From positions 480,002 to 544,001 of the forward strand of contig CAVUKB010000006.1 in assembly GCA_963741955.1 (NCBI GenBank): a stretch of 64,000 nucleotides of DNA, in the 5' to 3' direction. Both the position numbers and the translations under genes were made by a program. Positions 49,171 through 60,014 of the stretch are shown here, piece by piece (the stretch's first letter is position 1; each line of letters starts with the position of its first letter). Source of the DNA: an uncultured Acidobacteriota bacterium. GTDB taxonomy: Bacteria > Acidobacteriota > Thermoanaerobaculia > Gp7-AA8. The notes under the pieces were generated by a model that saw only the letters and a program-made list of their open reading frames with translations, ran no database searches and was not told the origin of the DNA.

Positions 49171-50808
49171 CTATTCGATGATCGCGGCCGAAGGGTGAAC
49201 GGGGCCGCCGGCGATCGGTTCGAGCTGCAGGATGTGGCGGCCGGATAGATGGCCGAGCGGGATGTGGATCCGCGCGGAGGAGTGGATCAGCGCCGTTCCG
49301 AGCTCGCCTCCGTCCCAGCCGTAGCGCACCAGGGCGGGGGCGGAGGCGTCGAGCTCGACCGACAGCGAGCGGCCGGCGACCCGCGCCGGATCGACGCAGA
49401 GCGAGAGCATCCCGTTGGACCATGATCCTTCTCCGTAGTAATCGGAGGTCGACTGCTGGAGGAGGAAGTCGATGTCGCTGCGATCGCCGCCCGCGCCGGG
49501 GAGCGCGGCGAGCCGGCGGCGGAGAAGGAGGACGTTGCACTCGTCCCGCGCCGCGGCGGAGATCGAGTCGAGCGCGCTGCGCGCCTTCTCCGGCTCGTGG
49601 CTCTGCAACGCGCTCTGCGCGGCATCGATGAAGACGGGAGTCCACTCGAAGACGTGCGCTCCCTCCCCCATCCGCACCAGGCGCGCGAGCTCCCACTGAT
49701 CGCCGGTGAGCGCCGCGGCACGCGCGCGCATGTCGTCCGGCACACCGTGGAGATTCGCGGTCACCCGACCGAGCACCGCGGGGTCGATCGACCCGGTCCG
49801 CCCATCGAGGAAGTAGCGGATCGCGTCACCCCGAGGATCGCGGTTCCACGCGCCGCCGACTGCGGCGGGCCAGAGCTCGAGGACACGCACCACCTGCGCG
49901 CGTCCGGCAGGGTCGTCGAAGTCTTCCGGCGGATGGCTCCGGATCCACGCCGCACACCGCCCGGCGAGCGTCGACCAGTCGTGAAGCTTCGTCAGTTTCT
50001 CGAGCTCGGCGAGGTCCCGGACGCGCGCGGACCATTCGGCCTTGCGCCAGCGGGCGTAGAGGGTCGCAGTGGTGTCGACGTCGGGAGTGGTGGCCATCGC
50101 GGCGAGCGCGGCGCGCAGCGAGGACGAATCGTCGGGAAGGAGCTCGGCGGCCTCCGCCGGCCCGAGCGCTCCGGCGGCTGCGATCCAGTCGTTGCGGACG
50201 AACCCGGGATCCAGGAAGGCTCTCCGGATCGCTGCCTTCGCGTCTTCCGGCCGCACTGTGGAGACCTGACCCCAGGTATCGAGATACGCGCCGGCGAGAA
50301 ACCCCGCGAGGGCGTCATCGCCCGGAGCAGCGGCGGTGGCGGTGCGGAGAGGCTCCACCCAGAGCTCCGCATGCTCGGTGAGCGCAGGGCTGGAGTGGCG
50401 GCGCTCGCCGAGGTACGTGAGCTTGGCGAGCATCGCCTGGTGGTATGCCCATCCGGGGCGCACCGCAACCGCGCGGAACATCAGGTCGCGCGCGTCGCGG
50501 AGCTCGTCGTCGAAGTGCGTCACTGCGTCGAGCCAGAGCTCGCGCGTCGCGCTCTCGCCGTCGTCGAAACGGACCGTGCCGACAACGTCGCTGACCGCGG
50601 CATCGGCAACGTCGTACGCAGCGACGTCGGGGGCGCGCGCGACGTCGGCGGTACGGGCGTCGAGCGGACGGCGCTCGCGCATGGTGTAGCGACGCATGAA
50701 CGCGTCGACCGGCGCGCGCTCGCGGCGATCGGCAACCCAGTTCCACGCGGCGAGAGCGGCAAGTGCGAACGAGAGAGCCGCGAGTGCGAGTGCGAGAGGA
50801 CGGGACAT
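49171..50808 (-). CDS. Hypothetical membrane-anchored helical (TPR-like) protein
   Basis: Start re-assigned to MSRPLALALAALSFALAALAAWNW (TM anchor). It has an Ala/Arg-rich helical body with GC3-biased codons. Confidence 0.75.
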   Translation of the reverse strand: MSRPLALALAALSFALAALAAWNWVADRRERAPVDAFMRRYTMRERRPLDARTADVARAPDVAAYDVADAAVSDVVGTVRFDDGESATRELWLDAVTHFDDELRDARDLMFRAVAVRPGWAYHQAMLAKLTYLGERRHSSPALTEHAELWVEPLRTATAAAPGDDALAGFLAGAYLDTWGQVSTVRPEDAKAAIRRAFLDPGFVRNDWIAAAGALGPAEAAELLPDDSSSLRAALAAMATTPDVDTTATLYARWRKAEWSARVRDLAELEKLTKLHDWSTLAGRCAAWIRSHPPEDFDDPAGRAQVVRVLELWPAAVGGAWNRDPRGDAIRYFLDGRTGSIDPAVLGRVTANLHGVPDDMRARAAALTGDQWELARLVRMGEGAHVFEWTPVFIDAAQSALQSHEPEKARSALDSISAAARDECNVLLLRRRLAALPGAGGDRSDIDFLLQQSTSDYYGEGSWSNGMLSLCVDPARVAGRSLSVELDASAPALVRYGWDGGELGTALIHSSARIHIPLGHLSGRHILQLEPIAGGPVHPSAAIIE

Positions 50809-50829
50809 GGTGGTGGAGAGATTATATTT

Positions 50830-52370
50830 GATTTCGGGAGAGAGGCGGGGAGGGGACGGATTTGCTATGGAGGCACTGGCGTCTTGTCGGCAGCGATTTG
50901 GGGCGGACGGATGGGTCGCGCTTGAACACGATTTCATTTGCGCGATTTGCTATGGATCGAGCGGGCGCTTATCTCAGGAACGGGCGGCGCGGACGGTTCG
51001 AGCAGCGGCTTCGGGAGTGATTTCATTTGCGCGATTTAGAGGCAGGGACGGATTTGCTATGAACGGACGGGTGTCTCTTCGGCCGGCGATCTCGGATGGA
51101 CGGACGGGGGAGGGACGGATTTGCTATGGACGCGCGGGTGTCTCCTCGGCGGACCATTCGTGGTGGACCGACGGACTGCGCGCGAACACGATTTCATTTG
51201 CGCGATTTGCCATGGAACGGACCGCCGTCTCCTCGGCCGCGATCTCGGATGGACGGACAGGCGGCGGGGTAACACGATTTCATTTGCGCGATTTAAAAGC
51301 ACCGGGGGACGCGGGACGGATTTGCTATGGAGGCACTGGCGTCTTGTCGGCAGCGATTTGGGGCGGACGGATGGGTCGCGCTTGAACACGATTTCATTTG
51401 CGCGATTTGCTATGGATCGAGCGGGCGCTCATCTCAGGAACGGGCGGCGCGGACGGTTCGAACATCGGCTTCGGGAGTGATTTCATTTGCGCGATTTAGA
51501 GGCAGGGACGGATTTGCTATGAACGGACGGGTGTCTCTTCGGCCGGCGATCTCGGATGGACGGACGGGGGAGGGGCCGATTTGCTATGGACGCGCGGGTG
51601 TCTCCTCGGCGGACCATTCGTGGTGGACCGACGGGCTGCGCTCGAACGCGATTTCATTTGCGCGATTTGCCATGGAACGGACCGCCGTCTCCTCGGCCGC
51701 GATCTCGGATGGACGGACGGGCGGCGGGGTAACACGATTTCATTTGCGCGATTTAAAAGCACCGGGGGACGGGGGACGGATTTGCTATGGACGGCACTGG
51801 CGTCTTGTCGGCAGCGATTTGGGGCGGACGGATGGGTCGCGCTTGAACACGATTTCATTTGCGCGATTTGCCATGGACGGAGCGGGCGCTCATCTCAGGA
51901 ACGGGCGGCGCGGACGGTTCGAACATCGGCTTCGGGAGTGATTTCATTTGCGCGATTTAGAGGCAGGGACGGATTTGCTATGAACGGACGGGTGTCTCTT
52001 CGGCCGGCGATCTCGGATGGACGGACGGGCAGCGGGGTAACGCGATTTCATTTGCGCGATTTGCCATGGACGCGCGGACGTCTTCTCGGCGGCGATTTGA
52101 GCCGGACGGACGGGCCGCGCTTGAATGCGATTTCGTTTGCGCGATTTAGAAACGGCGGCGGGTTTTCAAATCGCGCAATTGAAATCGTCGTCGGAGTCGC
52201 CGATCGCTCGGGCCACGGCGCCGGTTCAGGGAGAAGACGCCCGATCGAGCCATGGCAAATCGCGCAAATGAAATCGTCCTCGGAGCCGCGGATGGTGCGG
52301 GTTGCCACGCTCGCCCCCGAGTAAAGACACCGGCTCAATCCATAGCAAATAGGATCGTCCTCGGAGTCGC
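50830..52370. repeat. Core-motif array A9 (unit 460 bp)
   Basis: ORF-track duplicates at 51057/51517 and 51121/51581. The orientation flips at 52129-52186. Confidence 0.94.
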
Positions 52371-52464
52371 GGCTCGCTCCGTCCATGCCGTTCGTTCCGG
52401 GGAGGGAGTGCCGTCCGGACGGAGCGGAGTTGACTTTTCCGTGGCGCCGAGGGAGGCTCGAGGC

Positions 52465-52851
52465 GTGAATAAGGCGGAACTCGAACGGCGAACGAAGTGT
52501 TTCGCCATCGCGATCATTCGAGCTCTCCCTCGGATTGAACCTCGCGAAGTGCGGTATGCACTCGGAAAGCAGCTTCTCCGTTCGGCCGGATCGATCGGAG
52601 CGAACTACCGCGAGGCGAACCGCGCCGAGTCTCTCGCGGACTTCGTGCACAAGCTTTCAATCGTCGAGAAGGAAGCCTCGGAAACGACTTACTGGCTCGA
52701 GGTCATCGACGAATCGGGCAGTCTCGACCCTCGTCACGCCGAACCTCTGCGAGAGGAAAGCGATCAACTGCTCCGGATCTTCAGCCGCGCCTGTATCACC
52801 GCTCGGAGACGATTGCAGAGCGAGAAGAGCTCTCGCGGCGTGGCCGGGTAG
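52465..52851 (+). CDS. Four-helix-bundle protein (23S rRNA IVP/TIGR02436, Avd-like fold)
   Basis: LERRTKCFAI, KQLLRSAGSIGANYREA.RAES.ADF.HKL.IVEKEASET.YWLE. The GTG start follows a GGAGG RBS. Confidence 0.93.
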   Translation: MNKAELERRTKCFAIAIIRALPRIEPREVRYALGKQLLRSAGSIGANYREANRAESLADFVHKLSIVEKEASETTYWLEVIDESGSLDPRHAEPLREESDQLLRIFSRACITARRRLQSEKSSRGVAG

Positions 52852-52854
52852 GCA

Positions 52855-53990
52855 GGTATTTGCTGGGGGCGCGGGACCGATTTGCCATGGACGCGCGGAC
52901 GTCTTCTCGGCAGCGATTTTGGATGGACGGGCTGGTCGCGCTTGAACACGATTTCATTTGCGCGATTTGCTATGGATCGAGCGGGCGCTCATCTCAGGAA
53001 CGGGCGGCGCCGAAGGTTCGAGCATCGGCTTCGGGAGTGATTTCATTTGCGCGATTTAGAAGCGGCGACGGGGTTTTGAATCGCGCAAATGAAATCGCTG
53101 TCGGAGTCGGTGCTCCTCCGGATGACGGTACTGGATCAGGGAAGAGACGCTCGATCGACCTATGGCAAATCGCGCAATTGAAATCGTCCTCGGAGGCGTG
53201 GATGCAGCGAGTTGCCACGCTCGCCCCAGAAGAGACACCCGTTCAAGCCATAGCAAATCAAGAAGCTGTCGAAGCCACGAATCACCCCGCGCACGAAACC
53301 GGTTCGGAAGAGCGACGCCCGTTCATCAGCGGGCTTTAAATCGCGCAATTGAAATCGCTGTCGGAGTCGGTGCTCCTCCGGATGACGGTACTGGATCAGG
53401 GAAGAGACGCTCGATCGACCTATGGCAAATCGCGCAAATGAAATCGTCCTCGGAGCCGGCGATCGCTCGGGTTGCGACGCTCGCTCCCGAGAAGAGATGC
53501 TCCTTCAATCCATAGCAAATAGGAACGTCCTCGGAGTCGTGGATCGCTCGAGTTGCCACGCTCGCCCCCGAGAAAGACACCGGTTCAATCCATAGCAAAT
53601 CAAGAAGCTGTCGAAGCCACGAATCACCCCGCGCACGAAACCGGTTCGGAAGAGCGACGCCCGTTCATCAGCGGGCTTTAAATCGCGCAATTGAAATCGC
53701 TGTCGGAGTCGGTGCTCCTCCGGATGACGGTACTGGATCAGGGAAGAGACGCTCGATCGATCTATGGCAAATCGCGCAAATGAAATCGTCCTCGGAGCCG
53801 GCGATCGCTCGGGTTGCGACGCTCGCTCCCGAGAAGAGACGCTCCTTCAATCCATAGCAAATAGGAACGTCCTCGGAGTCGTGGATCGCTCGAGTTGCCA
53901 CGCTCGCCCCCGAGAAAGACACCGGTTCAATCCATAGCAAATCGAAACGAGAGACGCCCGCTCACTCCATAGCAAATCGGACGATTTCGC
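52855..53990. repeat. Core-motif array A10 (unit 342 bp)
   Basis: Near-identical ORF-track peptides at 53326-53598 and 53668-53940. Confidence 0.94.
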
Positions 53991-54682
53991 GCGGATTCCG
54001 GATGCACAGCCGCTCGGCGACGTCGTCGCCCCACTGGTGGGCGATGTGGTCGTGTGCGGCGCGGAGGCGCGGGGGGCGCTTGCGGAGGTTGTGTGCGTCG
54101 GAGGCGACGAGGTGCACCAGGCCGCGGTCGACGAACGACTTCCGCGGCTTCGAGGGCGCGCGGGCCGAACTCGCCCAGAAAGCTCCCGGCGGTGATCTGC
54201 ACGAGAGCGCCGAGCTCGATCAGCCGCTCGAGTTTCTCCGGCTCCTGCACGAAGACGAGGTTCCGCTCGGGATGCGCGATGACGGGATGCACGCCCTGCA
54301 CGACGAATTCGTGGAAGACCGTTTCCGCGGTCGACGGGACGAGCACCGAGGGGAACTCGACGAGGAGATAGCCATTGCGGTTGAGTCCCGTGAGAGGACT
54401 GCGGTCCTTCTTCTCCCACAGCTCGAGAGCGTCGGAGGAGTAGAAGAATTCGCAACCCGGAAGGATGGCGGGCTTCCCGCCGAGAAGCGTGTTGAGCTTC
54501 ATCACCATCTCGTCGCGTGCGAGCGGATCGTCGTTGATCCACGGGTCGCGCAGCACGTGCGGGGTGGCCACGATCGCCTCGGTGCCTTCCTCCCCCGCCC
54601 GCTGGCAGAGCTCCACCGCCTCGTCCCATTCGTCAGGGCCGTCGTCGATGAAGGGAAGACAGTGGAAATGAACATCTATCAT
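53962..54682 (-). CDS. cpsB: CpsB/CapC PHP-family tyrosine-protein phosphatase (one frameshift near 54141)
   Basis: MIDVHFHCLPFIDDG, IVATPH, YLLVEFP, IAHPERN, QITAGS. The conserved VHLVASDAHN continues in the +1 frame to the TGA at 53962. Confidence 0.88.
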
Positions 54683-54757
54683 CTGAAAGGCATCGCGGAT
54701 CGCGGATCGTGGATCGTGGATCTGAAAGGCATCGAGAATCGTGGATCTGAAAGGCAC
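54683..54757 (+). repeat. Heptamer (GATCGTG/GATCGCG) block with TCTGAAAGGCATC
   Basis: Same family as 7164-7263. The inverted partner is at 55367-55443. Confidence 0.88.
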
Positions 54758-54849
54758 CGAGAATCAAAATTCGAGGATTGACAGAGATCCGCGATTGCCG
54801 AGGGCAGCGTCTGGTAGGCCATTATGTCGGGTCCTGATAGCTGTCTGGT

Positions 54850-55269
54850 TCACCAGAGATCATCGTTCGTGGAATCTGAGGGTGGAGCGGATTCACGGAT
54901 CTCGAGCTGGGTCTTCCTCCGGTTCTCTTTTGCGGTTCGTCCGCTTGCCGTCAGGATCCGTAGCAGTTCCTCTGCCTCTTTCGAGAGAGTCTCGTATTTC
55001 CCGGGCGATATCGTACCGGAGCCCAGGAGGAGCTCGAGCCAGTAGATCGTCTCCGAAAGCTCTTTGGTCGCGATGGCGATCTTGTGAATGAAATCATTCC
55101 GGGATTCGGCGCGTCCCGCTTCGCGGTAATTGGCACCAACTGATGTTCCGGATCGCACCAGCTGCCGGGCGATCACCTCCGCTGCCATTGTGCGAGGGAG
55201 TCCGTTCGAGAGCTCGATCACGTTCAATGCGAAGCTTCTGGTTCGCTCCTCCAGCTCTCGTCGATCCAC
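54850..55269 (-). CDS. Second four-helix-bundle protein (TIGR02436-like)
   Basis: LEERTRSFAL, RQLVRSGTSVGANYREAGRAESRNDFIHKIAIATKELSETIYWLELL. Confidence 0.93.
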   Translation of the reverse strand: MDRRELEERTRSFALNVIELSNGLPRTMAAEVIARQLVRSGTSVGANYREAGRAESRNDFIHKIAIATKELSETIYWLELLLGSGTISPGKYETLSKEAEELLRILTASGRTAKENRRKTQLEIRESAPPSDSTNDDLW

Positions 55270-55314
55270 GTCAGTCCATTTCCTCTCGCAAGCGGTCAGG
55301 TTACCGACAAGCCA

Positions 55315-55443
55315 CCCCAGGACTGCGTCCTGGGCTATGGTCAATCGCCCCTACGGGCTGTCCCCCCGATGCCTTTCAGATCCTCGATCCTCGATGCCTT
55401 TCAGATCCTCGATCCTCGATGGGTTTCAGATACCAGATGCTTT
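55315..55443 (-). repeat. REP family B copy followed by an inverted heptamer block overlapping the wzc stop
   Basis: CCCCAGGACTGCGTCCTGGGCTATGGTCAATCGCCCCTACGGGCT, then GATGCCTTTCAGATCCTCGATCCTC repeats. Confidence 0.88.
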
Positions 55444-57686
55444 CCTGTCGTAGCCGTACGAATAGCCGTAGTAGTAGTACTGGCCATAGCCGCCGGCGTC
55501 TTCGCGGAGGTTGTTGAGGAGGACGCCGAGGATTCGGACGTTGCCGCGCTGGAGCATGTCGCGGACGCGGAGGATCTGCTCGCGCGGGGTCTTGCCGCCG
55601 TGGATGGTGAGCACAAGTCCGTCGGTCGCGGCGCCGAGGACCATCGCGTCGGCGACGAGGGAGAGCGGAGGGGTGTCGAGGAGGACGTAGTCGAAGTTCT
55701 CGAACGCGAACTCGAGGAATCGCTTCATCGCGTCGGAGGCGAGGAGGCCGGAAGGGTTGGGTGAGTTGGGTCCGGCGGGAACGACCCAGACTGCCGGGAT
55801 CTGCGTCTGCTGGATGATCTCTGCCGGCTTTCGCGTTCATCGCCAGGATGGACGTCAGTCCCTGCCGGTTGGACATCTTGAGGATCTCGTGTATGACGCG
55901 GCTTGTGGAGGTCCGCGTCGATGAGAAGGACTTTCTTCCCGAGCTGTCCGAGCACCGCGGCAAGGTTGACCGCGGTGGCGGACTTTCCTTCGCCGGGAAG
56001 AGTCGAGGAGATGACCATCGACTTCAGCCCGCCGGCGCGCGAGAGAAGGAGGGAGGCGCGGAACGCGCGATACGCCTCGGCGACGACCGCGCGAGGGTGC
56101 GTGTGCGGAAGAAGCTCGACGACTCCGGCGTCCTCGCCCGGCGGCCTTCGGACCCTGCTTCGCTCTTCCGCTTTCCGAAGTACTTCCCGTAGCCGTAGCC
56201 ATAACCTTTGCCGTTCGACTTCGCCGACGGCAGGGATGATCCCGAGTGGCGGAAGACGGAGGATCGACTCGATCTGTTCCGGGGTGCGGATGCTGCGGTC
56301 GAGATACTCGAGGAGAAACGCGAGTCCGAGTCCGGCGAGCGCGCCGAGGAAGAGCGCGAGCATGCCGTTGCGGCGATAGCTCGGACGGAAGCGGACGGTC
56401 GGAGGGAGTGCCCGATCGACGACTCTGATGTTCGAGACGCGCTCGCCGCGGAGACGCGAGTTGATCTCCGTCTCGGCCTGACGCTTGAGGAGGAGATCGA
56501 GAAGCGCGCGTTTCGTCTCCACCTCGGTTTTGAGGTTGTTGTACTCGACGGCGTTGCTGTTGAGCGCCATCGCCTCGGTCTTCTGCCCCTGCAGGACGGC
56601 CTTCAGATTCTCTTCCCGCCGGCGAGCGGTGAGATAGTCGTTCCGCGCGACGTCGCGCGCCTTCGCGATGGTCTCCTGCATCACCTCTTCGAGGTTCTGC
56701 CGCCCCTTGTCGATCTGCGCCTTGAGCTGCTGCATCGCCGGCCACTCGGGCTTGAAGAGGTTCAGCTTCTCGGCGTAGTCGCGCTCGAGCTTCGCCTGAT
56801 CGTTCCGGAGCTGTGCGACCAGACCGCTGGAGAGGGAGTCGGCGATGGATTCGGGCTTCGCGTTCTGGAGCTGGTAGAAATGGGCTTCCTTGTCGACGCG
56901 ATCCGCAACGGCGGCGGCGTAGTCCTTGTTGAGCGACTCGAGCTTCTGGAGCGTGATGTTGGTGGTGGGATCGACGGAGACGATGTCCGTCCGCTGCGAA
57001 TATGCCTGGAGCTTCTTCTCCTTGTCGTCGAGCTCGGCCTTGAGCTGCTCGATCTGTCCGGAGAGGAACCGCGAGGCCTGTCCGAGCGCGCCGTACTTCG
57101 TTTCGAGACTCCATTCGATGTACGACTCGGCAACTGCGTTCGCCACTTCTGCGGCGAGCTTCGGAGAGGTGGAGGTGAAGGAGAGCTCGACCAGATCGGT
57201 GCCACGAACCGGCGTGGTCTCGATCCCGTTCTGGACGCGGATGGCGGCGACGATCCGGTCGCTGGTGGCGGAGTCGGGATCGCTCTCGCCCGCACTCTGG
57301 AACGCGCCGCTCTTCTTCTCGAAGAACTCCGGGTTTTCGGTGAGCTTGAGCCGGTCGACCACGCGCTCGGCGATCTGGCGGCTCCGGATCAGCCGGGTCT
57401 GAGTCGCGAGGAACTCCGGGTTGTAGCGTTCGAAGACGGGCTGCGTCATGGCGATGTCGAACGGCGTCGCGGATTCGGGACTCACACTGAGCGTCGCATT
57501 CGCCTTGTAGAGGGGAGTGGTCATCAGGGAGACGACCGCAGCGACGACCACCGCGACCAGAACCGCGAGGGTGATCAGGCGGCGGCGCTTGACGATGACG
57601 TTCCAATATTCGGAGAGATGGACCTCTCCGTGCGAGGGTTCATCGGCCAGGATCTCGTCGTCGAAAAATTCGGGCTGTTTGCTCAT
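55426..57686 (-). CDS. wzc: Polysaccharide co-polymerase/tyrosine autokinase (frameshifted in this sequence)
   Basis: Wzz-like N-terminus and coiled coil, AEAYRAFRASL, Walker A STLPGEGKS, LIDADL. It continues across shifts (IHEILKMSNRQGLT; VVPAGPNSPNPSGLL) into FDYVLLDTPP and the C-terminal Tyr cluster YGQYYYYGYSYGY. Confidence 0.92.
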
Positions 57687-58546
57687 CAGAAGAACGATGC
57701 CTTTACGATCACCACGTCGTCGGGTTTGATCTCGGGATCCTTGTCCCGGCCGGAAACGATCCGGTTGTAGTCTGCCTTCAGCTCCTGGTCTTTTCCATCC
57801 GGGCCTCGCCGCTTGATCCGGATGTGCTTCGAGGCGCGGTCGGAAAGCCCGCCCGCCTTCGCGATGACCGAGAGAAGAGTGAGGCGGTCGTCACTGGAGA
57901 ACTCGAGGGCTCCGGGGGTGCGGACCTCGCCGAGCACGAAGACGTTCACCTTCGTCCGGGGAGGGATGTTCACGACATCCGATGGATAGATCGGAATGTT
58001 CCAGGTGGAGGAGCCGGTGAAGAGATCGGCGACGTTGATCTCGAGCGTCTGGGAGAGTCCTTTCGCCCCCTGACGGATGACGAAGATCTTCTTGCCTGCA
58101 TTCTGAGCGAGGCCGCCGGCGGCGGAGATGGCCTGGAGGAGAGTCCAGCGACCGGAGATGGTGAGCGAGCCGGGATGCTCGACGGCACCGAGGATCGACA
58201 CGGGCTTGTTCGCGTACTCCTTGATGATCACGGAGACGTTCGCACGGTTGACGTACTTCGCGCGCAACGTCCCCTCGAGCTTGTCGCGCACCTCGTTCGC
58301 GGTGAGTCCGGCGACGGGGAACTGGCCGAGGAGCGGAAGGTCGATGTTGCCATCGTCACCGACGCGGCGGTCCATGTTCAGCTCCGGGATCTCGAGGACC
58401 TTGATCTCGATCAGATCCTTCGGACCGAGTCGGTATTCGCCCGGATCCTGCGCGCGAAGGGAGGAGGGGACGAGGATGGTCAGTGCGGCGAGCGTGAGCA
58501 GAGCCGTGCGGAAGAAGGAATGACGGGGGTGGATCACCAGGGCCAT
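57686..58546 (-). CDS. wza: Polysaccharide export protein with SLBB domains
   Basis: EYRLGPKDLIEIKV, DGNIDLPLLG, VSILGAVEHPG, VFVLGEVRTPG, KAGGL. Confidence 0.93.
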   Translation of the reverse strand: MALVIHPRHSFFRTALLTLAALTILVPSSLRAQDPGEYRLGPKDLIEIKVLEIPELNMDRRVGDDGNIDLPLLGQFPVAGLTANEVRDKLEGTLRAKYVNRANVSVIIKEYANKPVSILGAVEHPGSLTISGRWTLLQAISAAGGLAQNAGKKIFVIRQGAKGLSQTLEINVADLFTGSSTWNIPIYPSDVVNIPPRTKVNVFVLGEVRTPGALEFSSDDRLTLLSVIAKAGGLSDRASKHIRIKRRGPDGKDQELKADYNRIVSGRDKDPEIKPDDVVIVKASFF

Positions 58547-58552
58547 GAAGGA

Positions 58553-59833
58553 TCAGTCTCCTCGGAAAGAGAGACCGCTCGTCACCCGAAAGATGGAGCG
58601 GTCGAAACCGGAAATGTTGGACGTGTACTTCGATTCGGATGCGTCGATGACGAGGTGGACGGTCCGGAAGAGACGGAAGGAGAATCCTCCTCCGTATGTC
58701 TTCACGTCGTCCGCGCGCTTCGTCACGTTCTCTCCTCCGACCACGACTTCGACCGGATAGTCGTTGGTGCCGATCTCACCGTACAGGCGGAGCGTGGTCC
58801 GTGAGCCGACGGCTGACGCAATGCCGGCGCCGTTGCGGAGCTCGACGAAGTAGGGGTTCGCGACGAAGAGCCCCGGGACGATCGAACGGCTCCCGAAGGC
58901 CTGCAGCTCCAGCCGTCTGTGCAGGAAGTACGACGCGAAATACGACCCGGTGGTTCCGCTGTAGCTCGGAAACTGAGAACCGTTCAGCGCTTCGCCCTTC
59001 CGCTGGCCGGCCCAGAGCTCCAGAAACGAACGCGGACGGTCGTAGTGGATTCCGATCACCGTGGCGGTCGACTGGTTGTCGCGGAGCTCCGGCTGGTTGT
59101 CGAATTCGGCCCGGGTCTTTTCGGCGCCGACGGCAATGTCGAACCAGGGGCGGAAATGGTAGCGGATTCCGCCACGGGCGACGGTGTCGCGGCGGTCGAG
59201 GAGCGAGACGTTGATCGAGTCGCCGGCGTCGGCCGGCTGATCGTAATTGAGATCGTGCCCTTCCCAGTTGCCGAAGAGGGAGAGCCTCCGGAGGATGTCG
59301 ATCTCGCTCTTTGCGTAGACACGGCTTGTGCTGGAGACGACCGGGCGCTGGATCTCGGAGCTGACGTTCGCCAGTTCCTCGTCGCTGCCGGCTCCGGCTT
59401 CGACGGACATCCGGTTGAAGAGAGCGAGGATCGCCCCGTCGTAGTGTCCGCCGAGGTTGCGGCGGTCCCTGAGGTCGGCGAACCACGTGTACTCCGGGAG
59501 GAGCGTGCCGCGAAGATACATCTTAGGGCCGATCGGAAGGAGCCCGTTCACGCCCGCGGATACTGTGGCGGTCCAGTCGGAGACGGGGTTCTCGGGAGTG
59601 CCGAAGACGTTGCTGTCGTACCCGAAGTTTTTCAGGTTCAGCTCCGGCTCGAGGCGGAGGGGGCCGAGATGGAGCCGGCTCAGAGACATCTCGTCGTCGA
59701 TCTGCTGGCGAAGCGGAATGGTGCGCTGCCGCGGGACCTGATCGGAGGTGACCTGTGCGGATGCAATCAGGGGGGCGAGGGCCACGACGAGAGCCGCGAG
59801 CGCGATCCGTAAGTGATTCGAAATGCGTTGCAC
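58553..59833 (-). CDS. EPS-associated outer-membrane beta-barrel protein
   Basis: Signal peptide, GYDSNVF motif, alternating amphipathic strands and a terminal aromatic residue (GLSF). It lies immediately upstream of wza. Confidence 0.82.
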   Translation of the reverse strand: MQRISNHLRIALAALVVALAPLIASAQVTSDQVPRQRTIPLRQQIDDEMSLSRLHLGPLRLEPELNLKNFGYDSNVFGTPENPVSDWTATVSAGVNGLLPIGPKMYLRGTLLPEYTWFADLRDRRNLGGHYDGAILALFNRMSVEAGAGSDEELANVSSEIQRPVVSSTSRVYAKSEIDILRRLSLFGNWEGHDLNYDQPADAGDSINVSLLDRRDTVARGGIRYHFRPWFDIAVGAEKTRAEFDNQPELRDNQSTATVIGIHYDRPRSFLELWAGQRKGEALNGSQFPSYSGTTGSYFASYFLHRRLELQAFGSRSIVPGLFVANPYFVELRNGAGIASAVGSRTTLRLYGEIGTNDYPVEVVVGGENVTKRADDVKTYGGGFSFRLFRTVHLVIDASESKYTSNISGFDRSIFRVTSGLSFRGD

Positions 59834-60014
59834 CGATACCTACCGACGAACTTATTTGACTGAGCAGTGTAAACCAACGCGTCAGACGCTGTCGATCCTC
59901 GATATGGGGTATATCGCGCGGGTGAGGCAAGGATTTCGCCCTCTTTCGGCTCGAAAAACGATTCTTGCCGCGGGGACCCGTTCGGCGTCGTTCTCCCAAG
60001 AGGGGGTGCGTTCT

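Noticed and set aside
54850-55269. 23S rRNA intervening sequence (suggested by the family name of the four-helix-bundle proteins)
   Set aside because: No rRNA sequence flanks either gene, and no rRNA or tRNA genes were recognised in the window.
55426-55728. Separate 100-aa gene downstream of wzc
   Set aside because: It is the C-terminal part of the Wzc kinase domain (DTPP motif, Tyr cluster) displaced by frameshifts.
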